Assembly: GCA_964252075.1 (NCBI GenBank)
Contig: CAXULY010000051.1
Span: forward strand, 1-32,398
Origin: an uncultured Deinococcaceae bacterium
GTDB lineage: Bacteria > Deinococcota > Deinococci > Deinococcales > Deinococcaceae
Reading direction: 5' to 3'
DNA length: 32,398 nucleotides
Shown piece after piece: positions 15,059 to 24,106 of this stretch; position 1 is the stretch's first letter, and each line of letters starts with the position of its first letter. The notes beneath the pieces were generated by a model. It saw only the letters and a list, made by a program, of their open reading frames with translations. It did not search any database and was not told where the DNA came from. A program made the position numbers and the translations under genes.

Positions 15059-15529
15059 TCAGCTTCTCTTAGGCCGTCCCGCACGCTTGGACGCGGCATT
15101 CGTCGCGCTTTTGGCCGCCGGTTTCCTGGTGCGGCTGGCGCCGAGCTGCTGGCCTTTGGAGTAACTGGCGTGCATCTTGCGGCGGGTTTCCTCGGCGAGC
15201 GCGTGGAAGTCCACGGGGCCCTTCTCGATGTTCTCGACGGTGGCTTTGATCTTGCCGCCACGCCGACTCACCGCGAGGTCCTTGTTGATGTCCTGAAACC
15301 ACTCCTCGAATTCCGGTGTGGCGTCGAAAATCATGTCGCGGCCGTCCTTGCTGTACGTGCCGTGACTGCCGCGCGATGTGAAGGCCTTGGGCAGCGTGAA
15401 GCGCTCCTGAATGTACGTGGCTTCAATCTTTCCATCACGGACAGCGTTGCGAAACGCTTTGACGAAGGTGTCGCTGCGCTGTGGGTTGCTGAGTTCCTGC
15501 ACCTGCTCGCTGAGCTTCTTGAAGGCCAT
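15059..15529 (-). CDS. Hypothetical protein with a basic C-terminal tail (156 aa)
   Basis: Clean ORF with host-like codons; K/R/A-rich tail SRTRKPAAKSATNAASKRAGRPKRS; resembles a Deinococcus hypothetical family from memory (unverified). Confidence 0.8.
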   Translation of the reverse strand: MAFKKLSEQVQELSNPQRSDTFVKAFRNAVRDGKIEATYIQERFTLPKAFTSRGSHGTYSKDGRDMIFDATPEFEEWFQDINKDLAVSRRGGKIKATVENIEKGPVDFHALAEETRRKMHASYSKGQQLGASRTRKPAAKSATNAASKRAGRPKRS

Positions 15530-15538
15530 GTTGCATCA

Positions 15539-15547
15539 AGCATAACA
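15539..15547 (-). promoter_or_regulatory. Extended -10 element (TGtTATGCT); likely leaderless or short-leader transcript
   Basis: TANNNT hexamer with TG extension ends 9 nt upstream of the ATG at 15529; no Shine-Dalgarno in between. Confidence 0.45.
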
Positions 15548-15552
15548 CGGCA

Positions 15553-16112
15553 CATGCATTGGCTCGCTCCGTGCAGTTAAAAGAATCCCTTCACCACAAT
15601 GTAAGTCTTATACTCGTTCGAAACAGCCGTTACCAATCAATTGAATGGAAACAATGAGCACCTCAGGGGGCATCCACCACAAGGAAGCCACCAGACAGCG
15701 CTGCGGCGCTCAGCGCGCTCCCTGCTTGCACCAGCCTGAACCGCAGATAGGCGTGCTCGGCGACCCGCAGCTGCAGGAACACCCCAAATCTTCCGATACC
15801 CCTGCACCCCAATCGCCTGAGTTGCCCGGTACCCCCGAGGAGGCGCCCATGCCCAAGAAGCTGCAGCCCGCCGCCGTGCACGTGACCAGCGCCCTGGAGG
15901 GCATGAGCCTCGCCGCGTACGCCACCCACCACGGGGTGCCCAGCCGGTACCACCCGAACGAACGCGCCGTGATCACCACCGAAGACGGCGCGGACCTCGC
16001 GCCCATCGTGGAGGGCTGGCGGCAGGGCGGGCACGACCACCGCGCATCCCTGCGCGGCCTGCTCGCCCTCAAGGACGGGAAGGTCGCGTGAAAACCCTCA
16101 CCCTGATTCGGC
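15553..16112 (+). repeat. Diverged direct repeat, copy 1 (~560 bp)
   Basis: Collinear with 26768-27327 from catgcattg to ccctcaccctgat.cggc; 35 substitutions in a hand-aligned 195-nt segment (~82% identity). Confidence 0.92.
15849..16091 (+). CDS. Small hypothetical protein (80 aa)
   Basis: GAGGAGG RBS; conservative amino-acid changes versus the paralog at 27065-27306; GTGA overlap with the next ORF. Confidence 0.75.
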   Translation: MPKKLQPAAVHVTSALEGMSLAAYATHHGVPSRYHPNERAVITTEDGADLAPIVEGWRQGGHDHRASLRGLLALKDGKVA

Positions 16113-16462
16113 GAGCGTTGATCGGGCCGATCCTGGCGGCCGTGGCGGACAGCGGGCGAGCGGGTCGCGGCGCGCCTTGTGCCTCGCCCGCGGAGGTGCG
16201 GGAGACCTGCAAGGCGCTGACGCTGGAGGGACGCCTGCGCGCCACGTCCATCGGCGCGACGGTCGTGTACCAGGCGCCCGTCTCCCCTACGGACTTCGTG
16301 GACCCGGAGGTGGCCGAGCGCGGCACCCGCCACCCGGAGGCCGCGCTGCACGAGCACCTCGCGCAACAGGAGGCCGGTCGCCGCCACCGCCGGGGGCCGC
16401 GTGACCGGCGCTCCCCTGAAAACGCTCGATCAGTGGGCATTGTGGCGCACGGTCGCCGGTGA
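16088..16462 (+). pseudogene. Chimeric ORF: first 8 codons of the ASCH-like gene fused to an unrelated gene fragment
   Basis: MKTLTLIR matches MKALTLMR at 27303; homology ends abruptly at ~16112. Confidence 0.5.
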
Positions 16463-16582
16463 TCTCACCCTCAGCGGCTTCGTACAGAACCACCCCCACA
16501 GGCCGGGCGGACCGCACCCAACCCGCGCGTGAACGCGGCCGGACAGCGTGGCGGTCCCACACAATCACCTCCAACCATCGGC

Positions 16583-17020
16583 TCAGCGACCGGACGCGCC
16601 TGGGCGGCCGCGGGAGGAGCGGCGCTGCAGCTTCTCGTGGTACATGCGCCGGTCGCTGACGCGCAGCAGGTCGCCCGGCGTGCACGCGTCACCCGGCCCG
16701 TGCGCCACCCCGACGCTCGCGCCCGCCAGGGCGTGACCGTCACCCTGCACGCCCTGCACCACCTCAAACAGGCAGGTCCGCACGTCCGCCTCCGGCACGT
16801 GGTGCCGGGCGAGGACGGCGAACTCATCCCCGCCAATGCGGTACGCGGCGCCCAGGTGCTGGTACTGCGCCGCGAGGTGACGCGCGAAGCACGCCAGCAG
16901 CGCGTCCCCACCATCGTGCCCGAGGGTGTCGTTGGCGCTTTTCAAGCCGTCCAGGTCGAAGGACACCACCGTGAGGTCCGCCGTGGGGTCCCCGCTGGCC
17001 TCCTCCAGGTCCCGCCCAGT
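16583..17020 (-). pseudogene. GGDEF (diguanylate cyclase) domain, N-terminally truncated
   Basis: FDLDGLKSANDTLGHDGGDALL, YRIGGDEF, ASVGVA, SDRRMYHEK; lacks the usual DxLTGLxNRR start and any sensor domain. Confidence 0.8.
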
Positions 17021-17238
17021 CGGCAGCGCTGGTGCGGGGCCCACCGCCTCCCGATGCCCACCTGCCGTGATGGTCCGGTGAACCTTTGAAAGCCCATCCT
17101 TGGCGGACCTGTCATCACGCCCCACCTCAGACGTGCATCAATAACGCAGCCGAGCGTGACGCGGCACCCATGGGCGCCGCTCCGAGCGCCGTTCGTGGCG
17201 TTCGACGATCCAGGCGCGCGGCAACCGGAGGTCACCGC

Positions 17239-18300
17239 ATGACGAACGCCGCTCGCTTCGCACGCGCGCTGGGGTGGTACAGCGTCGCGCTCGGCACCAC
17301 CGAATTCCTTGCAGATGAACGGATTGCAGAAACGCTGGGGGTGCCGGACCGCACCAACTTCGTGCGCCTGTGCGGCGCGCGGGAATTCGCGCACGCCGCG
17401 CTGGTCTTCACACAGCCCACCGTTGGGGTGTGGTCGCGGGTGGTGGGGGACGTGATGGACCTCGCGGCGCTCGGCGCGGCCCTCAAGCCGGAGAATCCTG
17501 CGAACGCTCGTGTGGGCGCTGCGTTGGGTGTGGTCGTCGCGACGACCGTCGTGGACACCTTGTGCGCCTTGCACCTCGCGGGGGTGGGGGCACGCGCCCC
17601 CATGGCGGCACCATCGCCCTCACATCGCGGCGCGCGGCTCGCCCCCACCCTCCTGCACCTCACGCCTGCCTTGCTGGGCGTCGCGGCGGGCGCCGGGCTC
17701 TTCCTGATGCGGGGCTCCTCCGCGCCGCTGCCGGAGAACGTCGCGGAGCGCCGCGAGAAGAAGGCGGCCACGTCGGGCATTGACGTGGAGCGCGCCATCA
17801 CCATCACGCGGCCCGTCGCGGAGGTGTACGCCTTCTGGCGGGACTTCGAACACCTCCCGCGGTTCATGGGCCACCTGGAGCGCGTGCAGGAGCAGGGGGA
17901 GGGGCACTCGCACTGGGTGGCGAAGGGTCCAGTGGGGACCCGCGTGGAGTGGGACGCCGTCCTCACCGACGAGCAGCCTGAGCGGCGCCTCGCCTGGCGC
18001 AGTGTGGAGGGCAGCCAGGTGCCGAACGAGGGCCACGTGGAGTTCACGCCCGCGCCCGCCGACCGCGGGACGGAAGTCCGCGTGCGCCTCACCTACCGTC
18101 CGCCCGCCGGCGCGCTCGGCGCGGCCTTCGCCCGGCTGTTCGGGGAGGAGCCCGCCCTGCAGGTGGACGAGGACCTGCGGCGCCTCAAGCGCCTGCTGGA
18201 GACGGGCGGCGAGCCCACCAACCAAGGACAGCCGAGTGGCCGCAAGAACCCCCTGACGCGCGGCCTCGCGCAGCTGTACGACAACCGGAGGACCACATGA
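17239..18300 (+). CDS. SRPBCC-family cyclase/dehydrase with hydrophobic N-terminal region (353 aa)
   Basis: GGAGG RBS before ATG 17239; VERAITI.RP..EVYAFWRDFEHLPRFMGHL...SHWVAKGP...DEDLRRLKRLLETG; ATGA overlap with the next gene. Confidence 0.9.
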   Translation: MTNAARFARALGWYSVALGTTEFLADERIAETLGVPDRTNFVRLCGAREFAHAALVFTQPTVGVWSRVVGDVMDLAALGAALKPENPANARVGAALGVVVATTVVDTLCALHLAGVGARAPMAAPSPSHRGARLAPTLLHLTPALLGVAAGAGLFLMRGSSAPLPENVAERREKKAATSGIDVERAITITRPVAEVYAFWRDFEHLPRFMGHLERVQEQGEGHSHWVAKGPVGTRVEWDAVLTDEQPERRLAWRSVEGSQVPNEGHVEFTPAPADRGTEVRVRLTYRPPAGALGAAFARLFGEEPALQVDEDLRRLKRLLETGGEPTNQGQPSGRKNPLTRGLAQLYDNRRTT

Positions 18301-19523
18301 AGGCACTGGTGTGGCAAGGCGTGAACCGCGTGGGCGTCGAGACCGTCCCCGACCCGACCATCCTGCAGCCCACGGACGCCGTCGTGCGGATCACGTCCAC
18401 CGCCATCTGCGGCAGTGACCTGCACCTGCTGGACGGGTACATCCCCAGCATGGTGCACGGGGACATCCTCGGGCATGAGTTCATGGGGGAGGTCGTGGAG
18501 GTCGGCCATGAGGTGCGGAAAATCAAGGTGGGAGACCGCGTGATCGTGCCGTTCCCCATTGCGTGTGGGCACTGCTGGTTCTGCCAGCATGACCTCACCT
18601 CCCTGTGCGACAACAGCAACGCCAACGCGAAACTCGCCGAGAAGCTGTTCGGGCACGCGCCGAGCGGCATTTACGGGTACTCGCACCTCACGGGCGGGTA
18701 TGCGGGCGGGCAGGCGCAGTTCGCGCGCACCCTGTACGCCGACGACAACCTCTTCAAGATCCCGGACGGCCTGACGGACGACCAGGTGCTGTTCCTCACG
18801 GATATTCTCCCCACGGGGTACATGGGGGCGCTGAACTGCGACATCCAGCCGGGTGACACCGTCGCGGTGTACGGCTGCGGGCCGGTCGGGCTGTTCACGA
18901 TCATGAGCGCGTTTCTGCTGGGCGCGGGCCGCGTGATCGCCATCGACCGCTTCCCGTACCGCCTCGCGAAGGCCGCGGCGCTGGGCGCGGAACCCCTGAA
19001 TTACGAGCAGGAGGAGGTGCTGGAGGGCCTGAAGCTCCGCACCGGCGGGCGCGGGCCGGACAGCGCGGTGGACGCCGTCGGCATGGAATCGCACGGCCTC
19101 GGCCTGGGTGGCCTGGCGGACGCCGTGAAGCAGACCACGCGCGTCGCGGAGAACGACCGCCCGCACGCGCTGCGCTCCGCGATCCTGTCCGTGCGCAAGG
19201 GCGGCACGGTCAGTGTCCCGGGCGTGTTCGGCGGCTTCGCGGATAAAATTCCGCTCGGCGCGTTCATGAACAAGGCGCTCACCATGCGCACCGGGCAGAC
19301 GCACGTGCACCGCTTCGTCCCCAGGTTGCTGGAGCACATCGTGCGGGGTGAGATCGACCCGACGGTCATCATCTCGCACCGCCTCAGCCTGGACGAGGCG
19401 CCGCACGGGTACCACATCTTCAAGCACAAGGAGGACCACTGCGTAAAGTGCGTCCTCGACCCCTGGGCGGCCCCCAGGCAAGCAAATGCCAGCGGGATGC
19501 TGGGGGCGACTGGCGCGGACTGA
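18297..19523 (+). CDS. Zn-dependent alcohol dehydrogenase, FDH-like MDR (408 aa)
   Basis: ICGSDLH, GHEFMGEV, structural Zn CGHCWFC..C, GCGPVG nucleotide-binding motif. Confidence 0.93.
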   Translation: MKALVWQGVNRVGVETVPDPTILQPTDAVVRITSTAICGSDLHLLDGYIPSMVHGDILGHEFMGEVVEVGHEVRKIKVGDRVIVPFPIACGHCWFCQHDLTSLCDNSNANAKLAEKLFGHAPSGIYGYSHLTGGYAGGQAQFARTLYADDNLFKIPDGLTDDQVLFLTDILPTGYMGALNCDIQPGDTVAVYGCGPVGLFTIMSAFLLGAGRVIAIDRFPYRLAKAAALGAEPLNYEQEEVLEGLKLRTGGRGPDSAVDAVGMESHGLGLGGLADAVKQTTRVAENDRPHALRSAILSVRKGGTVSVPGVFGGFADKIPLGAFMNKALTMRTGQTHVHRFVPRLLEHIVRGEIDPTVIISHRLSLDEAPHGYHIFKHKEDHCVKCVLDPWAAPRQANASGMLGATGAD

Positions 19524-19900
19524 CGCGACGCGCCCAGCGGTCCCGCAGGGCGGGGCCACGGGCTCCACGGCGGTGGGCGGTCGAGGTGACCCTGGCGGCC
19601 CATCGGAGGATGCGCGGGGCGGTCCCAACACAGCGCCCCCATAGGAGGTCTGCAGCGGGGTCACGGCGCGGCCCGGACATCACCGGGCGCCCTCGATGTC
19701 GGGCGCCCCTGCGGAAAACGGAGGGGCAGCGCGTCCAAGGCGCGCGGTCCGCTTGCGCACCTGACCACCAGCGCGCGCCTGCCCGGACCGCCCCTCTTCC
19801 CTGAAAGGAGGCCCCGAAGAGGAACGGACGAGACTGCGTTCGGTCAACCACCCCATCCGCACCACCAAAGGCCTGCGTCCTTTGGAGCAAGGGGAACGCC

Positions 19901-21043
19901 ATGAAAGCCGTCGTCTACAACGGACCCCGCGATGTGGCCGTGCAGCACGTCCCGGACGCCCAGATTGAGCGTCCCACCGACGTTCTGGTCAGGATCACCA
20001 GCACCAACATCTGTGGCAGCGACCTGCACATGTACGAAGGCCGCACCGATTTCGAGCAGGGCCGGATCTTCGGCCACGAGAACCTGGGCGAAGTCGTCGA
20101 GGTGGGCGAGGCGGTCGACCGGGTGAAGGTCGGGGACCGGGTGGTCCTGCCCTTCAACATCGGCTGCGGCTTCTGCAAGAACTGCGAGCGGGGCCTGAGC
20201 GCTTTCTGCCTCACCGCCGCCAACCCCGGCATGGCCGGCGCGGCCTACGGCTTCGCCGACATGGGACCGTACCAGGGCGGACAGGCTGAGCTGCTGCGCG
20301 TGCCGTACGGGGACTACAACTGCCTGCGGCTCCCTCCGGACACCCAGGAAAAGGAAGCCGACTACGTGATGGTGGCCGACATCTTCCCGACCGGCTGGCA
20401 CGCGACCCGGCTGGCGGGGCTGTGCCCCGGCGAGTCGATCGTGATTTACGGGGCCGGACCCGTGGGATTGATGGCGGCCTACTCCGCCATGATTCAAGGG
20501 GCGTGCATGGTGATGGTGGTGGACCGCCACCCCGATCGACTGCGGCTCGCTGAAAGCATCGGGGCCATCGCCATCGACGACTCCCAGGTGGACCCGGTGG
20601 AACGGATCATGGAGCTGACCAACGGGCTTGGGGCGGACCGGGGCTGCGAGTGCGTGGGGTACCAGTGCCACGACCACCACGGCAAGGAAATTCCCGGGTT
20701 GACCATGAACAACCTGGTGAAGTCGGTGAAGTTCACTGGGGGCATCGGTGTGGTCGGGGTCTTCGTGCCGCAGGACCCGGGCGGCCCCACCAAGCTCGCC
20801 AAGGAAGGCGAGATTCCCTTCGACTGGGGGTTGTTGTGGTTCCGGGGGCAGCATGTGGGCACCGGGCAGTGCAACGTCAAGGCGTACAACCGCCAGTTGC
20901 GGGACCTGATCTCGGTGGGCCGCGCCAACCCGTCGTTCATCGTGTCGCACCACCTGCCGCTGGATGAGGCGCCGGACGCCTACCGAAACTTCGATGAGCG
21001 CAATAATGGCTGGACCAAGGTGATCCTCCACCCCACCACCTGA
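19901..21043 (+). CDS. Glutathione-independent formaldehyde dehydrogenase-like MDR (380 aa)
   Basis: STNICGSDLHMYEGRT, GHENLGEV, CGFCKNC..C, GGQAELLRVPY, ADIFPTGWHA, GAGPVG. Confidence 0.92.
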   Translation: MKAVVYNGPRDVAVQHVPDAQIERPTDVLVRITSTNICGSDLHMYEGRTDFEQGRIFGHENLGEVVEVGEAVDRVKVGDRVVLPFNIGCGFCKNCERGLSAFCLTAANPGMAGAAYGFADMGPYQGGQAELLRVPYGDYNCLRLPPDTQEKEADYVMVADIFPTGWHATRLAGLCPGESIVIYGAGPVGLMAAYSAMIQGACMVMVVDRHPDRLRLAESIGAIAIDDSQVDPVERIMELTNGLGADRGCECVGYQCHDHHGKEIPGLTMNNLVKSVKFTGGIGVVGVFVPQDPGGPTKLAKEGEIPFDWGLLWFRGQHVGTGQCNVKAYNRQLRDLISVGRANPSFIVSHHLPLDEAPDAYRNFDERNNGWTKVILHPTT

Positions 21044-21052
21044 CTTCGGGCG

Positions 21053-21092
21053 GAAGGCGGGGCAGCACAGGAGTCTGCTGTCCCCGACCTTC
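21053..21092. terminator. Bulged hairpin after the dehydrogenase
   Basis: gaagg-cgggg-cagca / tgctg-t-ccccg-a-ccttc, 9 nt after the stop codon. Confidence 0.45.
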
Positions 21093-21139
21093 AATCACCC
21101 ACGCTTTCCACCGTGACGCACGCCCGGCCGAGGTGAGTC

Positions 21140-22372
21140 GTGGACAAGCTTCCAGGCAGCACCAACGAACTGGGGGACGAGACGGCCTCGGGCACCTGGC
21201 GGCGTCCCGACCGACCGCTCGTTGAACCCCCGCGCCTGCGGACCGGCGAGCCGGGGGAGCGCCAGACGACGTGGATGGAGCTGTTCTTCGACCTGGTCTT
21301 CGTGGTGGCGGTGGACCAGGTGGCGCGGCGGCTGGCAGGGGGCATCACGGGCAGCGCCGTCTTGGGCTTCCTGGTCCTGGCGGTCCCGGTCTGGTGGGCC
21401 TGGGTCGGCTACGTCTACTACGTGGACCGCTTCGGCACCGATGACCTGAGTGACCGCCTGATCACGTTGGTCCAGATGGGGCTGGCGCTGACGCTCGCCC
21501 TGCGGGCACCGGACGCCCTAGGGGCGGGGGCGGCCGGGTTCGCGCTCGCCTACGGGGCGTTCCGGCTGGTCCTGGCCCTCAGTTACGCCCACGCGGCGCG
21601 GGCGGCCCCCGAGGCGCGGGCGGCCGCCTCACGCTTCGCGCTGGGCTATGGCCTCGCGGCGCTGCTGTGGCTGGTCTCGGCGCTGCTGCCCGCACCTGCC
21701 CGCTTCTGGCTGTGGGGCGCGGCCTTCCTGGTGGATGTCGGCACCCCGCTGGTGCTGGCGGGCTGGAACGTCCGCTTCCCGCCCAACACCGGGCACCTCC
21801 AGGAGCGCTTCGGGAACTTCACGCTGATCGTGTTGGGTGAGAGCACCGTGGGGGTGGTGGAGGGCCTCCGCCAGCAGACCCAGGGACCGGCGGTGGGGAT
21901 CGCGGCGCTGGCGCTGCTGCTGGCCTTCGCGCTGTGGTGGGTGTACTTCGAGACGTCGGACGGTGCGGCGGTTCAGGCCGTCCGGGGGGGGCGCACCGCG
22001 CCCTACAACACCTGGTTGTACGCCCACCTGCCGTTCTCGGTGGGCATTGGGGCCGGGGCGATGGGTGTCATGCACGCCATCCGCGAGGCCGCGCAGCCGG
22101 CCCTGTCCGACCCGTCGCGCTGGCTGCTGGCGGGCGCCACCGCGCTTTGCTTCGCGGCGCTCGCCGTCATCAACCGGGCGTACCTGGCCTCGGGCAGCCG
22201 CTGGAATGGCCCGCAGGTGGGCTGGAACCTCCTCGCGGCGGGGCTGGCGCTGGGCACCGGGGCCTTCGCGGGCGGCGTGCCCGCCCTCGGCGTGATGGGG
22301 CTGCTCACGGCGGCGGGCCTGCTGCCGGTTGGGTTGGACCTCGGGCGCCGCGCCCATCGCCAGGGTCAGTGA
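21140..22372 (+). CDS. ltrA: Low temperature requirement protein A family membrane protein (410 aa)
   Basis: TTWMELFFDLVFVVAV, WWAW, HLQERFG.FTLIVLGE, LWWVYF, YAHLP; many hydrophobic segments. Confidence 0.9.
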   Translation: MDKLPGSTNELGDETASGTWRRPDRPLVEPPRLRTGEPGERQTTWMELFFDLVFVVAVDQVARRLAGGITGSAVLGFLVLAVPVWWAWVGYVYYVDRFGTDDLSDRLITLVQMGLALTLALRAPDALGAGAAGFALAYGAFRLVLALSYAHAARAAPEARAAASRFALGYGLAALLWLVSALLPAPARFWLWGAAFLVDVGTPLVLAGWNVRFPPNTGHLQERFGNFTLIVLGESTVGVVEGLRQQTQGPAVGIAALALLLAFALWWVYFETSDGAAVQAVRGGRTAPYNTWLYAHLPFSVGIGAGAMGVMHAIREAAQPALSDPSRWLLAGATALCFAALAVINRAYLASGSRWNGPQVGWNLLAAGLALGTGAFAGGVPALGVMGLLTAAGLLPVGLDLGRRAHRQGQ

Positions 22373-22802
22373 GGGGTGCCCAGACGCCATCCCGGCACGG
22401 GCGAACGCCGGGCTTCCCGAGCGACGGGCGCCGCGACAGGCACCGCGAGTTCCCCACCGGCCTTGTCCGTCTCCTCATCTCGAGCGGGCCGGGACAAGGG
22501 AGTGGGCGGGATGCCCTCAGGACTCGGACAACGAAGGGGCAGAGACGCAGCGTGAGGGCATGAGCCGCTGGATCGTCCAGGTCGGTCGGGACAAGATGAA
22601 TGCTTGGTCCAGCGCGAGCGACTCTGCCAGGTGCGTCAAACCTGCCGAGCGGCCCATGGAAATCGAACAGCTTGCCGAGGGACATCCGAACGTTCTTTGC
22701 CAGGGAGGGAAAGCCGGTTCAAGGTGCCGTTGCTGCGTGAGGCCAGCTGCGGAGAAGAGCGAAGACCTGTTTTTCTGAGGTGGCCCCTACACGCAGCCCG
22801 CC

Positions 22803-23648
22803 TCACAGCATTTCGAGCGGCGTGGCCCGCGTCGGCGGCGGAAACGCCCGGTCGAGCGCGGCGAGGTCGTCCTCCGTCAGACGCACGTCCAGCGCGGCCC
22901 GGTTGTCCTGGACATGCGCCGTCGTCCCCGCCTTGGGTATGGCGATGATGCCGTCCTGCCGCAGCAGCCAGGCGAGGGCCACCTGCGCGGGCGTGGCCCC
23001 GTGTCCGCGGGCGATCTGCTCCAGCATGGGGTGGCCCAGCAGGCGGCCCTGCTCAACGGGCGAGTAGGCCATGACGGGCACGCCGCGCTCCCGGCACCAC
23101 GGCAGCAGGTCATATTCCACGCCCCGGCGGGTCAGGTTGTAGAGCACCTGATTCGTCGCGGCGGCCTTGCCTCCGGGCAGCGCCGCGAGTTCCTGCAGGT
23201 CCGCCGGGCCGAAGTTGCTCACGCCCCACTGAAGGATGAGGCCCGCCCGCTGGAGGTCCTCGAAGGCCGCCAGCGTGTCTTCCAGCGGCGTCCGCCCGCG
23301 CCAGTGCAGCAGGTAGAGGTCGAGGTGGTCGGTGCGCAGCCGCCGCAGGCTGCGTTCGCACGCCCGGAGCACGCCCTGGTGGGAAGCGTTGCCGGGGAGC
23401 ACTTTGCTCACCAGAAACACCTCGGCGCGGCGGCCCGCCACCACCTCGGCCACCAGTTCCTCAGTGGCGCCGTCCCCGTACATCTCGGCGGTGTCCAACA
23501 GGCTCAAGCCCAGGTCCAGCCCGGCGCGCAGGGCCGCCATCTCGTTCGCCCGGCGCCGGGGGTCTTCCCCCATGTGCCAGGTGCCCTGCCCCAGCACGGG
23601 AACGCGCACGCCTGATGGAAGGGGGGTGGTGGGGATGGGGGTGGTCAT
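22803..23648 (-). CDS. Aldo/keto reductase (YeaE-like, 281 aa)
   Basis: LGQGTWHMG, DTAEMYG, VSKV, DLYLLHW, GVSNF, AYSP, IPKA; GGAGG RBS. Confidence 0.94.
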   Translation of the reverse strand: MTTPIPTTPLPSGVRVPVLGQGTWHMGEDPRRRANEMAALRAGLDLGLSLLDTAEMYGDGATEELVAEVVAGRRAEVFLVSKVLPGNASHQGVLRACERSLRRLRTDHLDLYLLHWRGRTPLEDTLAAFEDLQRAGLILQWGVSNFGPADLQELAALPGGKAAATNQVLYNLTRRGVEYDLLPWCRERGVPVMAYSPVEQGRLLGHPMLEQIARGHGATPAQVALAWLLRQDGIIAIPKAGTTAHVQDNRAALDVRLTEDDLAALDRAFPPPTRATPLEML

Positions 23649-24106
23649 GGTTCCTCCTGAGGTGGGGGGACGACAGGGTTCTGCTGGCCCCCATCAGGCC
23701 TCGGCGCGCGGTGATGAAGGTGGGAACGGGTCGCTTGGCCATTCATGAACAACCCCCCGAGCAGGCTCGAAGCGCGACGGGCACGCATGAGAGGCGAGAG
23801 GCTCAGGTGAGGAAGGGACGGTTCTGACAGGGCCAAGCGCGTGCGCGCGGTCAGGAGGGGGCGACGACCAGACTGATCCTGGTGGCGAAGTCAAGCCAAC
23901 GGAGAAGGTCCCCGAAAACACAGCCTTTTCCACGGGTCAATCCTGGGAGGAACGGTGCTGTTCTGGCCTTCGACACGAGGGTCAACCGCGGAGCCCCAAC
24001 GCCGTTCCGGACCGAAAACAGCGTTGTCCACCGCCTTCAGAAAAGCCCCGTTGAATCCCGAAGCTCTGGCTCACGATTCCCCGATCGGAGGGACGAGAAT
24101 GCCCCC

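Noticed and set aside
15645..15848. N-terminal extension giving a 148-aa ORF
   Set aside because: The paralogous copy has an in-frame stop and substitutions spread evenly over codon positions; strong RBS sits before 15849
22380..22800. ORFs between ltrA and the aldo-keto reductase
   Set aside because: No recognisable motifs or host-like codon pattern
23882..24106. 75-aa N-terminal extension of the UvrA ORF
   Set aside because: Not protein-like; UvrA homology begins just after the ATG at 24107
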